A stretch of 63,812 nucleotides of DNA, counting the filler, from Octopus bimaculoides (lineage: Eukaryota): the NCBI RefSeq assembly GCF_001194135.2. It is 4 parts of 4 records of this genome, joined end to end, with 100 filler letters (N's around TTAATTAATTAA, not from the genome) between each part and the next. Parts side by side here need not be neighbours in the genome. Positions count along the whole stretch, not along the records: positions 1 to 31,757 come from NC_068985.1; positions 31,858 to 39,518 come from NC_068983.1; 2 more parts are not named here. The stretch is one strand, 5' to 3'. The position numbers and the translations under genes are program-made. A model generated the notes under the pieces. The model was not told where the DNA came from and did not search any database. It worked only from the letters and a program-made list of their open reading frames with translations. Every line of letters begins with the position of its first letter. Position 1 is the first letter of the stretch. Shown piece by piece: positions 22,830 through 35,420 of the stretch.

Positions 22830-23225
22830 TCAGGCGCTCCACTGACTGTCAACGCCCGATGAATAGGGGTTGGGCATGCTGTGTCTGCTGATTCGCAGAC
22901 ACTTGTACTGAGGTTACGACATCTCCAGTGCTTCTTTCACAGTGAGCAGATGTGGTCGCCGTTTGTCAGACACGGTTTTCCACAGCACGCCTCTTTGACT
23001 GAGCAATCCAGAATCAAAAATAGACCGAGGTAGGGTGCCTGGCATCTAGAGTGTCGTCAGGTGCTCACACTGCTCTGTCAGTCGGGCAATGCGGTCGATG
23101 AAAGTTCAACTCTGGCGTACTATACAGCGTAAGAGGCGGGCAAGTGCAGCGATGTTCTTAGGAAGACTCTGAGTGTCGACGAGAATGAATTGGCTGGTCT
23201 GTTCCAGAAGTCCTTGGCCTAGCAT
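22830..23225 (+). mobile_element. Tx1/L1-like ORF2 C-terminal fragment
   Basis: RPR*GAWHLECRQVLTLL..DVLRKTLSVDENELAGLF aligns with RPRLGAWHLECRQALTVL..LGVDEDELASLF at 1226-1567. Confidence 0.85.
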
Positions 23226-23467
23226 TGCCGTTTCTTGAAAAATCTACAGGTTTGGAAGTGATAATGATGAGGATGATGATGATGACGATGATGCACTCAG
23301 AAATCTTAAACTGTAACCCCCAGAGGAAAAGGGTCACTTGACTGCCAAACAAATTTTCTAACATACATGTTACTGCTTTCTCTCTCTTCTTTTTCCATTT
23401 CTGTCACAATGGCCACTATTGCAGAGTGGTTGGTCTTGCGCCCCACCCTCAAGCACTCTTGATTTAC

Positions 23468-23719
23468 TTTTCATTCCTATCGTTATTCAGGCTTCCAATA
23501 CTTCTAGGACTTGCTTTAACAACTAACTGCACGCCATAATCTTCCTCCCCAGAATGTCCTCCTTCTGGAAGTCTCTCTCTAATCATGTCTTTTCTTGCTA
23601 ATGTCCACTGGAGAAATTTAAGCGGAACGTTAACAGAATCCGTATCACCAGTCTCGGATAACCCGTGAAAGCTAGGGTCGCTGCTACTTCCTCCAGACCC
23701 GGCAAATAAGCGATGAAAC
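23468..23719 (-). CDS. Candidate internal exon of an unidentified host gene (252 bp, phase 2-2)
   Basis: Pyrimidine-rich ..CTAAG acceptor, AA|GTAAAT donor, open frame FHRLFAGSGG..LKFLQWTLARKDMIRERLPE; no homology recognised. Confidence 0.35.
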
Positions 23720-25929
23720 CTTAGATTTTGTAAAAGAAATGCAAGTGCCAAAATAGACATAAGTGCAAATTATCTTCTTAGAATAATCCTTTAACAATAT
23801 TCAAACTACTGCAGACAATTGATCAGTTTTTAGTCATAGGTGTTGATTCGTGGGCCGCGAATAAATGTATTATGCTTCGTTGCTAAGTTAAGTGACTCTA
23901 GAAACTGTGAGTAGGAAATAGAATGAAACATGTGTATGTAACTAGGAAATGAGTCCCCAAAAATTCTCTGGCATACTTCAGATAACGTATTATTTCTTGA
24001 ATTAGAGTCAAACCATTGTTCAATGATAATATGGTGAAGCAGGTGCGATAAAAGAGTTTTCGATTTCACGTCATAAGTTCGTATTTTGAAGCTATTGATT
24101 TTCTGTGAATTTTAACCCTTATGTTTTATAGAAGTAGAGTTTGCAGGCTGTGTTTATAATGTTTTTTTCAATTCTATTTCAAACGTGGGTATCTTATAAT
24201 ATAATACTTTATTCACACCCCATCCCCACCCACACACGCAAACAACCTTATGTATTTATTTTTTGTATATACATACATACATGCATACATGCATACACAT
24301 ATATAAATATAAATGCATATAAATAAAAATACAAAAACACGAACCAACATTTATGTTAATATATATACAAACATAAATGTTGGTCGCTGTTTATATGGTT
24401 CTTGTTTTTGTATTTTTATTTACATACGCGCGTGTGTGTTTATTTGTATGTGTATTCATCAATTGCGTATAATGTGGAGGCGCCTACTATGATGTATAGA
24501 CCAATATGTGTCTGTTACAGGCATATAAACGTATACCGGATGAAAATCTATAACATTAAATCGCAACCGCCATTTTTAAAAGCAAATTTTGGTCGTAAAA
24601 AGTCAGCTCTTTCATCAATACTGACCTATTTTTGATACATAGTTTACCTAAGGTTGTGTGTAAATTAAACTTGTCACGTAGGTATGCCAACATCAAATCT
24701 TTTATACAAATCATAAACTATCTTAAAGAAATCTTAAGCAGATTCAACGGAATATTCAACACAAACCACTGAATGTCACTTGTTTAGGTGTTATTTGTCA
24801 CCATTGCTTCTATAAATATCTCACTTCTAGGACTAATTTATATATTCATGCTGAAACGAAACAAAATATAACACATAAACAACAATTTTTTACAATAAAT
24901 GGGATCAAGTTATCAGTTACCATCAATTTTCAACAAATCCTGCACTGTAATATCCCCCAAAACGAATTTACCATTCCTTTCCTCTCCAAACCATACTCTA
25001 CAAACGCTTGTTTTCTTCCTCGCTTTCTCCATTCCCTTTCCATTCTCATTCTACCACACACACACGCATACATACACACACGTTACTGTTAACTGTGGGA
25101 AAAAGTAATCAGTACCAAAGTGGAGACAAATAATGTTTTATTTTGGCCGAGCGAATCTCTTACAGCTCCGAGTACTGTAACAGCTTGAATTTTAAGGATC
25201 CATAATAGTGCCAAACAACTTCAGAGATTCAGATGGATGAAGAGATTTTTAAAGAACGTGTGGAAAAATTTCATGTTAGACGCCAGATGAACCCATGTCG
25301 CGGCAGGGGCCACAAAGAACAGCAGCTCCCTCCAACTCGCTACTTCATCAGAAACGATACAGAAAAGAAACCCGATCACACCCAAAAGCCCCAGTATGAC
25401 CTCAGCCACTGGATGAAACCAAAAGACATAAAACATATTAAATTAAGATTTAGAAGCAACTCTAGTAAAGTCAACATTATTGATGTCGCATACTTAATGC
25501 ATGTGCTTTGTTTAAACGCTTTCAGGCTTCGGTATTTCGTCCAGAAAAAAAAATATCGCTTTGAAACGTCGAGTGTTAAAAATAGTCAGTATATCTCAAA
25601 GACAGGTAAAACAAGTCGCCCCTTAGATGAACGAGAACGATGGATATCGATATTTCGCTGTTATTTCAGCTCATCGGCACCGTATATCCTAGTCACCTTT
25701 AAACGAATTGAAATCCATGGTCTGATTTTATATATGCAAATAGCGTTAAATCTATCTGCTGATGTGCATCAGCACAGCACAACTGAAACAAAATTAAATT
25801 CCGAGTTCGAAGCAGCTTTAATGTGCACACACACACACACGCACACACACACACAAATTAAATGCACGACATATAGATTTAACTTATCCGCTGATACTCG
25901 CAAAAAGGCTTTATTAATTTTTTTAGGAG

Positions 25930-26248
25930 CACGCCGTCGGTTACGACGACGAGGGCCCCAGATGATACGATCAACGGAACAGCTTGCTCGTGAAATTAAT
26001 GTGCAAGTGATTGAGCACTCCACAGACACGTGTACCCTCAACGTAGTTCTCAGGGAGACTCGGCGTGACACATAGCGTGACAAGGCCGGCCCTTTGAAAT
26101 ACAGGTACTACTCATTTTTGCCACCTGAGTGGACTGGAGCAACGTGAAATGAAGTGTCTTGCTCAAGGACACAACGCGTCACTGGGAATCGAACTCACGA
26201 ACTTACGATCGTGATTTGAATGCCCTAACCACTAAGCCACGCGCCTTC
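25930..26248 (-). mobile_element. tRNA-derived SINE (family D variant)
   Basis: Shared body and tRNA-like head (GGGAATCGAACTCACG..CCACTAAGCCACGCGCC on plus). Confidence 0.8.
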
Positions 26249-27763
26249 TTTATATAAACCACTGCTTTATTAATTATTACCTTTCATATATTAATATTTC
26301 GAAGGTGACTTTTTGTTTTTGTATGCATATATCGGGTTGGAGAACTGATGTAACCATGATATTCTATGATCTGATGAGCAAGCGTTTTTTACTTGTATTA
26401 CTTTGTAAATTGTACAATAGTACTATATAATTAATAACAAACACAATAAAACAAACATGTCAAATAATTTATCACATACTAAAATAAATGATCTTTCACG
26501 ATGTTGGCTGCGAAACGATCGTAACCTTGTAGATATCAGCTGGTGAAATAAATATATTCTTTATATTCTATATACACCTAGTAAAATAATCATTATTCAT
26601 TGGATTTACTAGATTTCGACTGTATGGCATTATACATTAAACCTCAATGTATTGATTTAATACGTGTTTTGTTGCTTGGATGGTGGCTGCAACAGTTTAC
26701 TATATGCAATCGTCTTTATCGCTTTGCTTTTTGACCGGTTTTCATGTTTCCGTGGCACATATATTCCTTGCTGGACGGAACGCCAGCCCGTCGCAGGATC
26801 ACTAATTTTTGCCAGCTGACTAAGCTAGAGCAACGTAAAAATGAAGTGTTTTGCTCAAAAGAACAAGGTGTCGCCCGGCTGAGGAATCGAAACCGCAATC
26901 TTACAATTATAAATCTAACATTCTAACCACTAAGCCACGTGTCAACACGTTTTAGATGATCGGTTTAAGAAGATCATAATCTGAGACAAACTTTTGATAT
27001 GTAAGGCAATTATCGTGTCCACTTTCCTACCAGATTCTGAAACCTCTACAAGTTAAAGACAATATTTTCGTTAGCTAGAAGTGTTACAAACAGGGACGTT
27101 TGAGGAAATCATGTACATTTTTGTCAAGGTATAACGATAAGGAAATCAAAGATTCATAAAAAAATAGAAAGGAAACTGATATTATGAGAAAATTATTTAA
27201 TAATATTAATTTACTTTTTTTAGATCCATTAGGACATGGTATAACTTTATGTGCTTTGAAGCTGGAAAGGGAAGTTCTGGAAAGATACAAGACTCAGCAT
27301 TAAGAAGCAAAAAAGACTCGCACAAATACTACGATGAAAACCATTATTACAAAACGTAATTATTTTTCTTTCTTAATCTAATTAATCTAATCAGTGATAA
27401 AGAGATATGTGCAAGACAGTATATTCCAGTGAGTATAGCTGAGAATATGTTTCTTATTTGAGAACAGTAAATCCATTTTCGATATTTTCTTCATTTAGTT
27501 CGATAAATTTTTAGAATATTTAAAATATTTTTCGGACATTTAAGTAAAACAAAACAAAACAAAAAAACAAACAAACACAAAAAACAACAAAAAACTCCGA
27601 AATTTTCACAAGCCAGAAAGTAGAAACACATTTACAAATTACGAAAAATGTTCTTAGACGATATACAGAAAATTTTAAATTTAAGAATTTTAAAGTTACA
27701 CACTTACGCACACGCACACAGACGCATATATATGCTTGCTTAGACATGAATGCATGTATACTC

Positions 27764-27888
<125 letters not shown>

Positions 27889-28230
27889 CAATGGTGTTGC
27901 TCCGTTATGANNNNNNNNNNNNNNNNNNNNNNNNNNNNNNNNNNNNNNNNNNNNNNNNNNNNNNNNNNNNNNNNNNNNNNNNNNNNNNNNNNNNNNNNNN
28001 NNNNNNNNNNNNNNNNNNNNNNNNNNNNNNNNNNNNNNNNNNNNNNNNNNNNNNNNNNNNNNNNNNNNNNNNNNNNNNNNNNNNNNNNNNNNNNNNNNNN
28101 NNNNNNNNNNNNNNNNNNNNNNNNNNNNNNNNNNNNNNNNNNNNNNNNNNNNNNNNNNNNNNNNNNNNNNNNNNNNNNNNNNNNNNNNNNNNNNNNNNNN
28201 NNNNNNNNNNNNNNNNNNNNNNNNNNNNNN

Positions 28231-29390
28231 NGAACAGTTGAGCGAAGCGCCGCTGAAAGGCCTCACACATATGTTTCGGATCAGTTATCATTTGCTCATC
28301 GAGGTCCGGCAAAGATTGGATTGTAGATTTATTGACACGCCGTGCCTCTGCCACTCGGGCCCATTGAACGGCGTTCATCCTTTCATGTCTAAGAGTACGG
28401 GGTTTAGTTCTGACAACGCAATCTTCGTGTTTCGCGTTGAAGAATTGGTCGATTATCAATCTCGCAGTGAGCACGTTGGTCGCGATGCCTTTTCTAAAAG
28501 CCTCGTCTAACTCCTTGACTAGTCCCACCTCTACTCTGTTTCTTTCTACTGCTAGTCCTTTGCTAAACCTTATTGATTCTATTCTAATCACCCTCTTCCG
28601 GGGGAACCACCATTTACTATCGATAATTGCTCCCGTCAACGCCCGCTTAACTAGTTCACTAATCCGGTCTATGAAATCTTTACGCGTTGGCAACGACGCA
28701 TTCAGTTCCCAGTACCCGGATCCTTGTCTATGGAGCTTATCTAAGTCGATTGTACAGACCACGAATTTAGGTCTGTGTAGTCGATTATTTTAAAATGTAG
28801 ACAATCTACGCTATCTTTACCTCTTACTCTACAGAATATCCTATCTAGATACGATCTGGGTGCCCAGATGCGGTTTGACCAGGTCGAACTGGCACATCAG
28901 GGAATTCCAGTCGACACTTTTAAGACAGCTGGAATCATCTGAACAGATTTGCGAGGCTTTAGCACCATCCTCTCCTATCTGCTAAACCCACAGAGTCCCA
29001 CCTTACATCTAAAACTCTATCCCAATCTCTCACGTCTGAAGAAATATGGTTACCCTGCCCCGGTCGGGGCATAGACGGCACCTAGCCTGAAAGTATATTC
29101 TTCGCTGTTAGTCAGGGTCTCGTACAATCGAATTACCTTCTGGATCCAGAAAGATCGTCTATATTGCAAGCTCCAGATTTTTTCGAACCATCACGGTGAC
29201 TCTGCCTCTCGCTCCCGGACGACTTGGAGATACGTACACCTCATAGTCACCGAAAATGAGTCGGAAGCCGTGTGAGTCGGAAATTCTGGTTTCACTAATG
29301 GCCACCACGTCGACATTCAATGCCCTGAGGTGAACCCGCTTCCAAGGTGACCCCAGGTCACGTACATTCACGCTACCTATTCTGTGCACG
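28231..29390 (-). mobile_element. Tx1/L1-clade LINE ORF2 5' part (APE + linker)
   Basis: IGSVNVR, VVAISETR, YWELNASL..RKDF..RALTGAIID..WW; paralogous to 2828-3700. Confidence 0.88.
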
Positions 29391-29511
29391 ACAATATTGT
29401 CAGAAACAGATACGGAAATAAAAGGAAAACTTATTTGGTTTTGTTTGGAGGGGCAGTTTTTTCGCTCTTCCTGTTGGTTTGGAGTGTTTCCAGTATCAAA
29501 TCACCAAGAAT

Positions 29512-29913
29512 TAGCAGGCCGGGCGAAATGCTTAGCGGTATTTCATCTGCCGTTACGTTCTGAGTTCAAATTCCGCCGAGGTCGACTTTGCCTTTCATCC
29601 TTTCGGGGTCGATAAATTAAGTACCAGTTACGCACTTGGGTCGATGTAATCGACTTAATCCCTTTGTCAGTCCTTGTTTGTCCTTTCTATGTTTAGCCTG
29701 TTGTGGGCAATAGAGAAATAAGAAACGTTAGCACGCCGGGCGAAATGCTTAGCGGTATTTCGTCTGTCTTTACGTTCTGATTTCAATTTCCGCCGAGGTC
29801 GACTTTGCCTTTCATCCTTTCGGGGTCGATAAATTAAGTACCAGTTGCGTACTGGGGTCGATCTAATCGACTGGCCTCCTCTCCCAAAGGGCCTTGTTCC
29901 TAGAGTAGAAAAG
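29512..29913 (+). mobile_element. Dimeric family A SINE (5' truncated)
   Basis: Same junction and monomer-specific tails as 10874-11306. Confidence 0.85.
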
Positions 29914-30132
29914 AACACTCTTTGTTGTTGTAGTGGCTGTGGTGTTGGTGGGGATGGGGTAACATTTGTTGCTGTCGTCCTCACTATGTTCGCTGCTTAA
30001 TTTCGTGCCGCTACAACAAACGATGGTGGTGACGGTGGTGGTGATGTTGCCTCTTCTGATTTCTCGTGTTCTTTCACAGTTCAGATCTTTGTCGTTGTTG
30101 GTGTTGCTGTTGCTGTCAGCCTTCGTCATTTA

Positions 30133-30768
30133 GGATCTATTTTAAAACGGGGGCCACATTTTTCATTAATGTTTTACGTAGTGTTTTTGGTACGGAAAGA
30201 CTTTCAAACTTCGTATACTTATCTATTTTGTGTTATAGAACAGAAAAATATTTTTGTATTCGAATTTATTTCATGTAAAAAATTGTCTTATTTCGATAAT
30301 TTCAACCAATCACTGACAAGTATTCAGTTGTTTATATTTACTCCTTTGGCTGATTAAGCGGTGTAAAGCGTATTTAATGTCTATACCTTCGTTTTATTTG
30401 CTTTTTTCATTTTAAATTTGCTTTAACCCTAACCCTAACCCTAACCCTAACCCTAACCCTAATCCTAACCCTAGGGTTAGGGTTAGGGTTAGGGTTAGGG
30501 TTAGGGTTAGGGTTAGGGTTAGGGTTAATTGTTTCAGAATCGTTTGTTTATGTAGTTGGCACTTAATGTATATCGGCTGAATGGACGTCAGTGATTGGTT
30601 GAAATTACAGAAATACGACAACTTTAACATGGAATAACTTATGGATTTCTTTTTTTTTTTAAAGAAGACTAAGAGAAAAAGATGTTTTATATGACACATT
30701 CTACCAGTGTTCCAAGTTTCAAAGTGTTTCGTTAATGAAAAATGTGGCCCCCGTTTTAAAAAAGATCC
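30133..30768. mobile_element. Foldback telomeric-palindrome MITE copy 3
   Basis: GGATCT...AGATCC; TSD GTCATTTA/GTCATGTA (1 mismatch). Confidence 0.92.
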
Positions 30769-30894
30769 GTCATGTAGGCTACAAAGGAAGAGGATGTCAG
30801 AAAAGGAGGAAAGTCTGAGGGAAAGATTTGGTGGGAGATACGGCTTTCCCTTTCAATGCTGCGGTGATGGCCGGAAGTCAAGCCATCTTGAATG

Positions 30895-31305
30895 TATTCT
30901 TTTACTCTTTTACTTGTTTCAGTCATTTGACTGTGGCCATGCTGGAGCACCGCCTTTAGTCGAGCAAATCGACCCCAGGACTTATTCTTTGTAAGCCTAG
31001 TACTTATTCTATCGATCTCTGTTGCCGAACCACTAGATTACGGGGACGTAAACACACCAACACCGGTTGTCAAGTGGTGATGGGGGAGGGAATCACAGTC
31101 ACACAAATACATACGTACCTACATACATATATATATATAATGTACGACAGGGTTCTTTCAGTTTCTGTCAACCAAATCCACTCACATAGCTTTGTTCGGC
31201 CCGAGGCTATAGCAGAAGGTACTTGGCCAAGGTGCCACGCGGTGGGACTGAACCCGGAACCATGCAGTTGGAAAGCAAGCTCCTTACCACACATCCATGC
31301 CTGCA
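30895..31305 (-). mobile_element. Composite SINE (B + microsatellite + C)
   Basis: TTTTACTTGTTTCAGTCATTTGACTG tail and tRNA-like head on the minus strand. Confidence 0.85.
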
Positions 31306-31539
31306 CCTGTATGTCTTTTATTTTTATCAAAATAGGTGGGTGTTTTATGAAGGCAAAAACATTGTCCCTTACGGGGACCCCAAGCAAGAGATTCCTGGTG
31401 TTCCCAACAACGAGTTTAAACAAAAACTTAAAACACAAAACAATAAGAAATAGTCGAAAACAATAATTATAATACAGTCTCACGCAGCGTCTTCGAAAAT
31501 ATGCTTTCACCACCGCAACAAATATAATAATAATAATTC

Positions 31540-31745
31540 TTTCTACTATAGGCACAAAGCCTGAAATTCAGCGGGAGGGGACTAGTCGATTACATCGACC
31601 CCAGTGCGTAACTGGTACTTAATTCATCGACCCCGAAAGGATGAAAGGCAAAGTCTACCTCGGCGGAATTGGAACTCAGAACGTAGCAGCAGACGAAATA
31701 CCGCAAAGCATTTCGCCCGGCGCGCTAACAATTCTGTCAGATCAC
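31540..31745 (-). mobile_element. Family A SINE
   Basis: Reverse complement of the family A sequence. Confidence 0.85.
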
Positions 31746-32329
31746 TGCCCTATATACNNNNNNNNNNNNNNNNNNNNNNNNNNNNNNNNNNNNNNNNNNN
31801 NTTAATTAATTAANNNNNNNNNNNNNNNNNNNNNNNNNNNNNNNNNNNNNNNNNNNNATATATATATATATATATATATACGTATATACATACATATACA
31901 TATACGCATGTGTGTGTGTGTCCGTGTATGTGCGTGCATATGCGTGTGTGTTGTGTGTGTGCGTATGCATTTCTCTGTCTTTATCCATCTGTTTGCCACC
32001 TCACTGATTGTATGGGTATATGTGAGCGTGTTTTTGTAATCATAGAGTTCGCCGAACAAAGGGAATTATTTCTCTTGGCAAAGCAATTTTTCCTTTCTTA
32101 TATACATATAGAGATGCGCGTCTTGTAATATTATTCAATTAAAGATTAGAAATAGCTAAACATACTACAGTTTAAAAATATACTTATAAAACAATAGCAA
32201 CGACTAGAAGTGCATCTTCGCAACGATGACGATAAAGCAGAATATACGAATATCTCACTAATCTCACTATTAGAAATGCTAGATAACAAAATACATTAGT
32301 AAATAAATTTATAAAATAAATTAATATGG

Positions 32330-32720
32330 AAATGATGATGATGGTGGTGGTGATGGTGACAAAGATGATGGCGCTGCTGGTGATTGTCGTGATGCTGATA
32401 GTGATGATAATGATGATGACGACACCGACGACGACGACGATGATGATGATGATGATGATTACGACGGTGATTATGAAGACGACGACTGTGATAATGATGA
32501 CAATGATAGGGGTGATGATGTTGATGATCATGATACTGTTAGTGGTAGTGGTGGTATTGAATGTGACGATGGTTCTGTTGGAGGGGATGGGTTGATGATC
32601 ATAATGATGATTGTTGCAATGGTGATGATGATGATGATGATGAGGATGATGATGATGATGATGACGAGGATGATGGTGGTGGTGGTTATGGTGGTTATTG
32701 TGATGGTGATGAGCGTGCTT
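32330..32720. repeat. Degenerate (GAT/GGT/GAC)n trinucleotide region
   Basis: Direct. Confidence 0.9.
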
Positions 32721-33684
32721 AGCGAGAGAAGGATATCAACTAAAAAACCAAAACAAAAAAAACGACAGAACAACTGATGGAAGCAAAAGTATAACAATAG
32801 AAACCAACGCTGATAGAAGAACCACTGCAACTGTTTCCAACCACTTGAAAAACTGCTGGACAATTATGAAGTGTGTATACCGTATCGTAACCTGCAAGAA
32901 ATAAGAATCAATTGCACCGAGACACACGCCCTTGAAATTAGAGAACTATATTGGATCACATGGTACTACGTCTCTAATTGTCCTGGTTATGACTTTAAAT
33001 TGAATCCGGTAGAAGGGACTTGGTTCGGGAGTTCCAGATTTATAAGATATGTGGAATTACTTCTGTGCCTCTATTGTTCCCAAGTCTACTGTGACACGAA
33101 GCAATGGCAAACAGTACCACAGTTCCAGACAAAAGAGGGACTCATAAACACCGAAGCCATCCCCATTAGAAGAGGAATATTCCAGGGAGAAACTCTGTCT
33201 CAACTCTTTTTCTCATTGGCACTTACACTTTTATCTTACATGTCAAACAGATCTGGATGGGGATACAACTGTTGCAGCAAAACAATCAAACCATCTCTGG
33301 TGTATGGATGATTTAAAACTGTATGCTGCAAATGATAAACAGCTGGAAACATTACTACAGACAATACATGGATTTACCAAAGAAATAGACATGAAATTTG
33401 GCTGAGAAAAGAGGAAAACTAGTTAAGATTAACAACATCACACTAAATAAAGCAAACTAAACAAGAGAATTAGACCAAAGCCAGACGTACAAATACTTAG
33501 GAATCAAAAAACTAGATACGATACAACACACAAATGAAAGAGAAAATAAAGAAAGAATACTGAAGAGGAGTTTGGTTTATACTGAAAACAGAGCTCAATG
33601 CGAAAGACATATTAGTAGGTATCAACACTGTAGTCATCCTAGTTACAAGTTACAGCTACAATATTCTACAATTGGCTGGCGATA

Positions 33685-34050
33685 TGTGCATCTATGATCA
33701 CGAATAGAAGTAGTGGAAGAGTATCATAGTCATGTGATGAGAGGAATTGTTTGGGGTTTGGATAATTCACCTCTGGAAACGTGGGTGCTTCATCCAACAT
33801 CCTTAAACAACCCTTATTCAGGGACCTTTAGTGTGGGGTAGGCTACCCGTCTTGAAGAAAATCCTAACTGGGCCTCAACGGGTAAGGTCCTGCGCTGTTT
33901 ATCTTGATATGAAATTACCATGTCTCGCACATATGGTTGCGATGCATGCGCCTCGTGTCCCCTTATCAGATAGGTAGTTATGATGGGTATACTGGGCTTC
34001 GTATATTTTACCCCAGTGTCACTTTGATGGCATGCACTGCTCCCTCACTC
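33685..34050 (+). mobile_element. Non-coding retroposon family E (5' truncated) with (AAT)n tail
   Basis: Reverse complement of part of 42803-43352; ends CTCACTC-(AAT)n. Confidence 0.75.
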
Positions 34051-34094
<44 letters not shown>

Positions 34095-34324
34095 TGGATA
34101 CGCGGTAGCGGATGCTTGGTGCCAACATTCACCGGAAGAGATAATGCACGAAAAGGGGAAGGCAAAGATCATCTGAGACTTTGACTTCCAGACAGACAAT
34201 GTGTTAGAGCAACGAAGGCCGGATATAATAGCCTTTAGAAGAGACAAAAAGATTGCCTAATAATCGACGTGGTAGTGCCAGGAGATGAGTATATCATGAA
34301 GGAAATAGAAAAGATTGATAAATT

Positions 34325-34732
34325 ACTCCCTCTTTTACTTGTTTCAGTCATTTGATTGCGGCCATACTGGAGCACCGCCTTTAGTCGAGCAAATCGACCT
34401 AGGACTTATTCTTTGTAAGCCTAGTACTTATTCTGTCGGTCTCTTTTGCCGAACCGCTAAGTTACGGGGACGTAAACACACCACCATCGGTTGTCAAGCG
34501 ATGTTAGGCGGACAAGCACAGACACACAACCATATATACATATATATATACACACACACATATATACAACGGGATTCGTTCAGTTTCCATCTACCAAATC
34601 AACTCACAAGGCTTTGGTCGGCTTGAGGCTATAGTAGAAGACATTTGCCTAGGGTGCCACGCAGTGGGACTGAACCCGGAACCATGTGATTGATAGGCAA
34701 GCTACTTACCACACAGTCACTCCTGCGCCTAT
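34325..34732 (-). mobile_element. Composite SINE inserted in the RLE coding region
   Basis: Same family as 30895-31305; RLE sequence resumes after it. Confidence 0.85.
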
Positions 34733-35237
34733 GGAAATCTGTAAAATATGATCGCTAAGATGTGGGGGCTACGAGAATCAAACATAAATGATGTCCCTGT
34801 TATCATCGGAGCATTGGGTTCAATAGCATCCAACATCTGGAGACTTCAGAAAAGCCGTACAATCTAGGTGTATTGCAAAAAGTCCGCATTACCTGGAACT
34901 GCAGGCATATTGCGTAATGTACTGTCTTTTTGAAGCTCTTGTTGTGATTTGATAAAGTGTACAAACCCTCAGTAGACACAATATCTTCAGTCGACAACAT
35001 CATGATATTGGATACTCTGCGACGTCTTCAATAATGGTAATAATATCAATAATAATAATATCAATAATAATAATAAACCCACCAAAATGCAACAATGATA
35101 TTTTTTTTATCTGCGGATATGGACAAAATTAATACCAGTGATATCTTATATCAAGTAGCCCCAAGTATAAAATTACTAATACAAATATTGATATGTTGTA
35201 CTGTGGAAACAATTGATTCTTACACGTTTTTGTACAG

Positions 35238-35420
35238 AATGTGTTATCAAATGTTGTTACTCAATTCTTGGCGCAGTCATTTGTCATTTTGACTTATGAG
35301 ATTCAGAAATATTTTCCAGCATCTATATCTGAAATATTGTTACTTCCAGTATTTCAATTTGCTGCAGATTTATTGGGTTTCATATACGCGCTGATTTCCT
35401 GTGGAGTGTTTGAAAACCAG
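35238..35420 (+). CDS. Candidate internal exon (183 bp, phase 0-0), unidentified helical protein
   Basis: TTTTTGTACAG acceptor, CAG|GTTTTG donor, open NVLSNVVTQFLAQSF..PVFQFAADLLGFIYALISCGVFENQ. Confidence 0.3.

Larger units (their letters stand above)
32930..35075 (+). mobile_element. R4/Dong-like element (RT core + RLE + TAA-rich tail) interrupted by two insertions
   Basis: RRGIFQGETLSQLFF, degenerate MDDLKLYA; WDFDFQTD..QRRPDII..IDVVVPGD; VPVIIGALGSI; TAA-rich tail near 35036-35075. Confidence 0.8.

Noticed and set aside
25233-26075. 280-aa ORF
   Set aside because: Runs through a (CA)n tract and an antisense SINE; no recognisable domain; first ~70 codons remain unassigned
31802-31813. 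TTAATTAATTAA islands inside N runs (also 39563-39574 and 59133-59144)
   Set aside because: Identical 12-mer with stops in all six frames, centred in 44 N + 44 N: an artificial scaffolding linker
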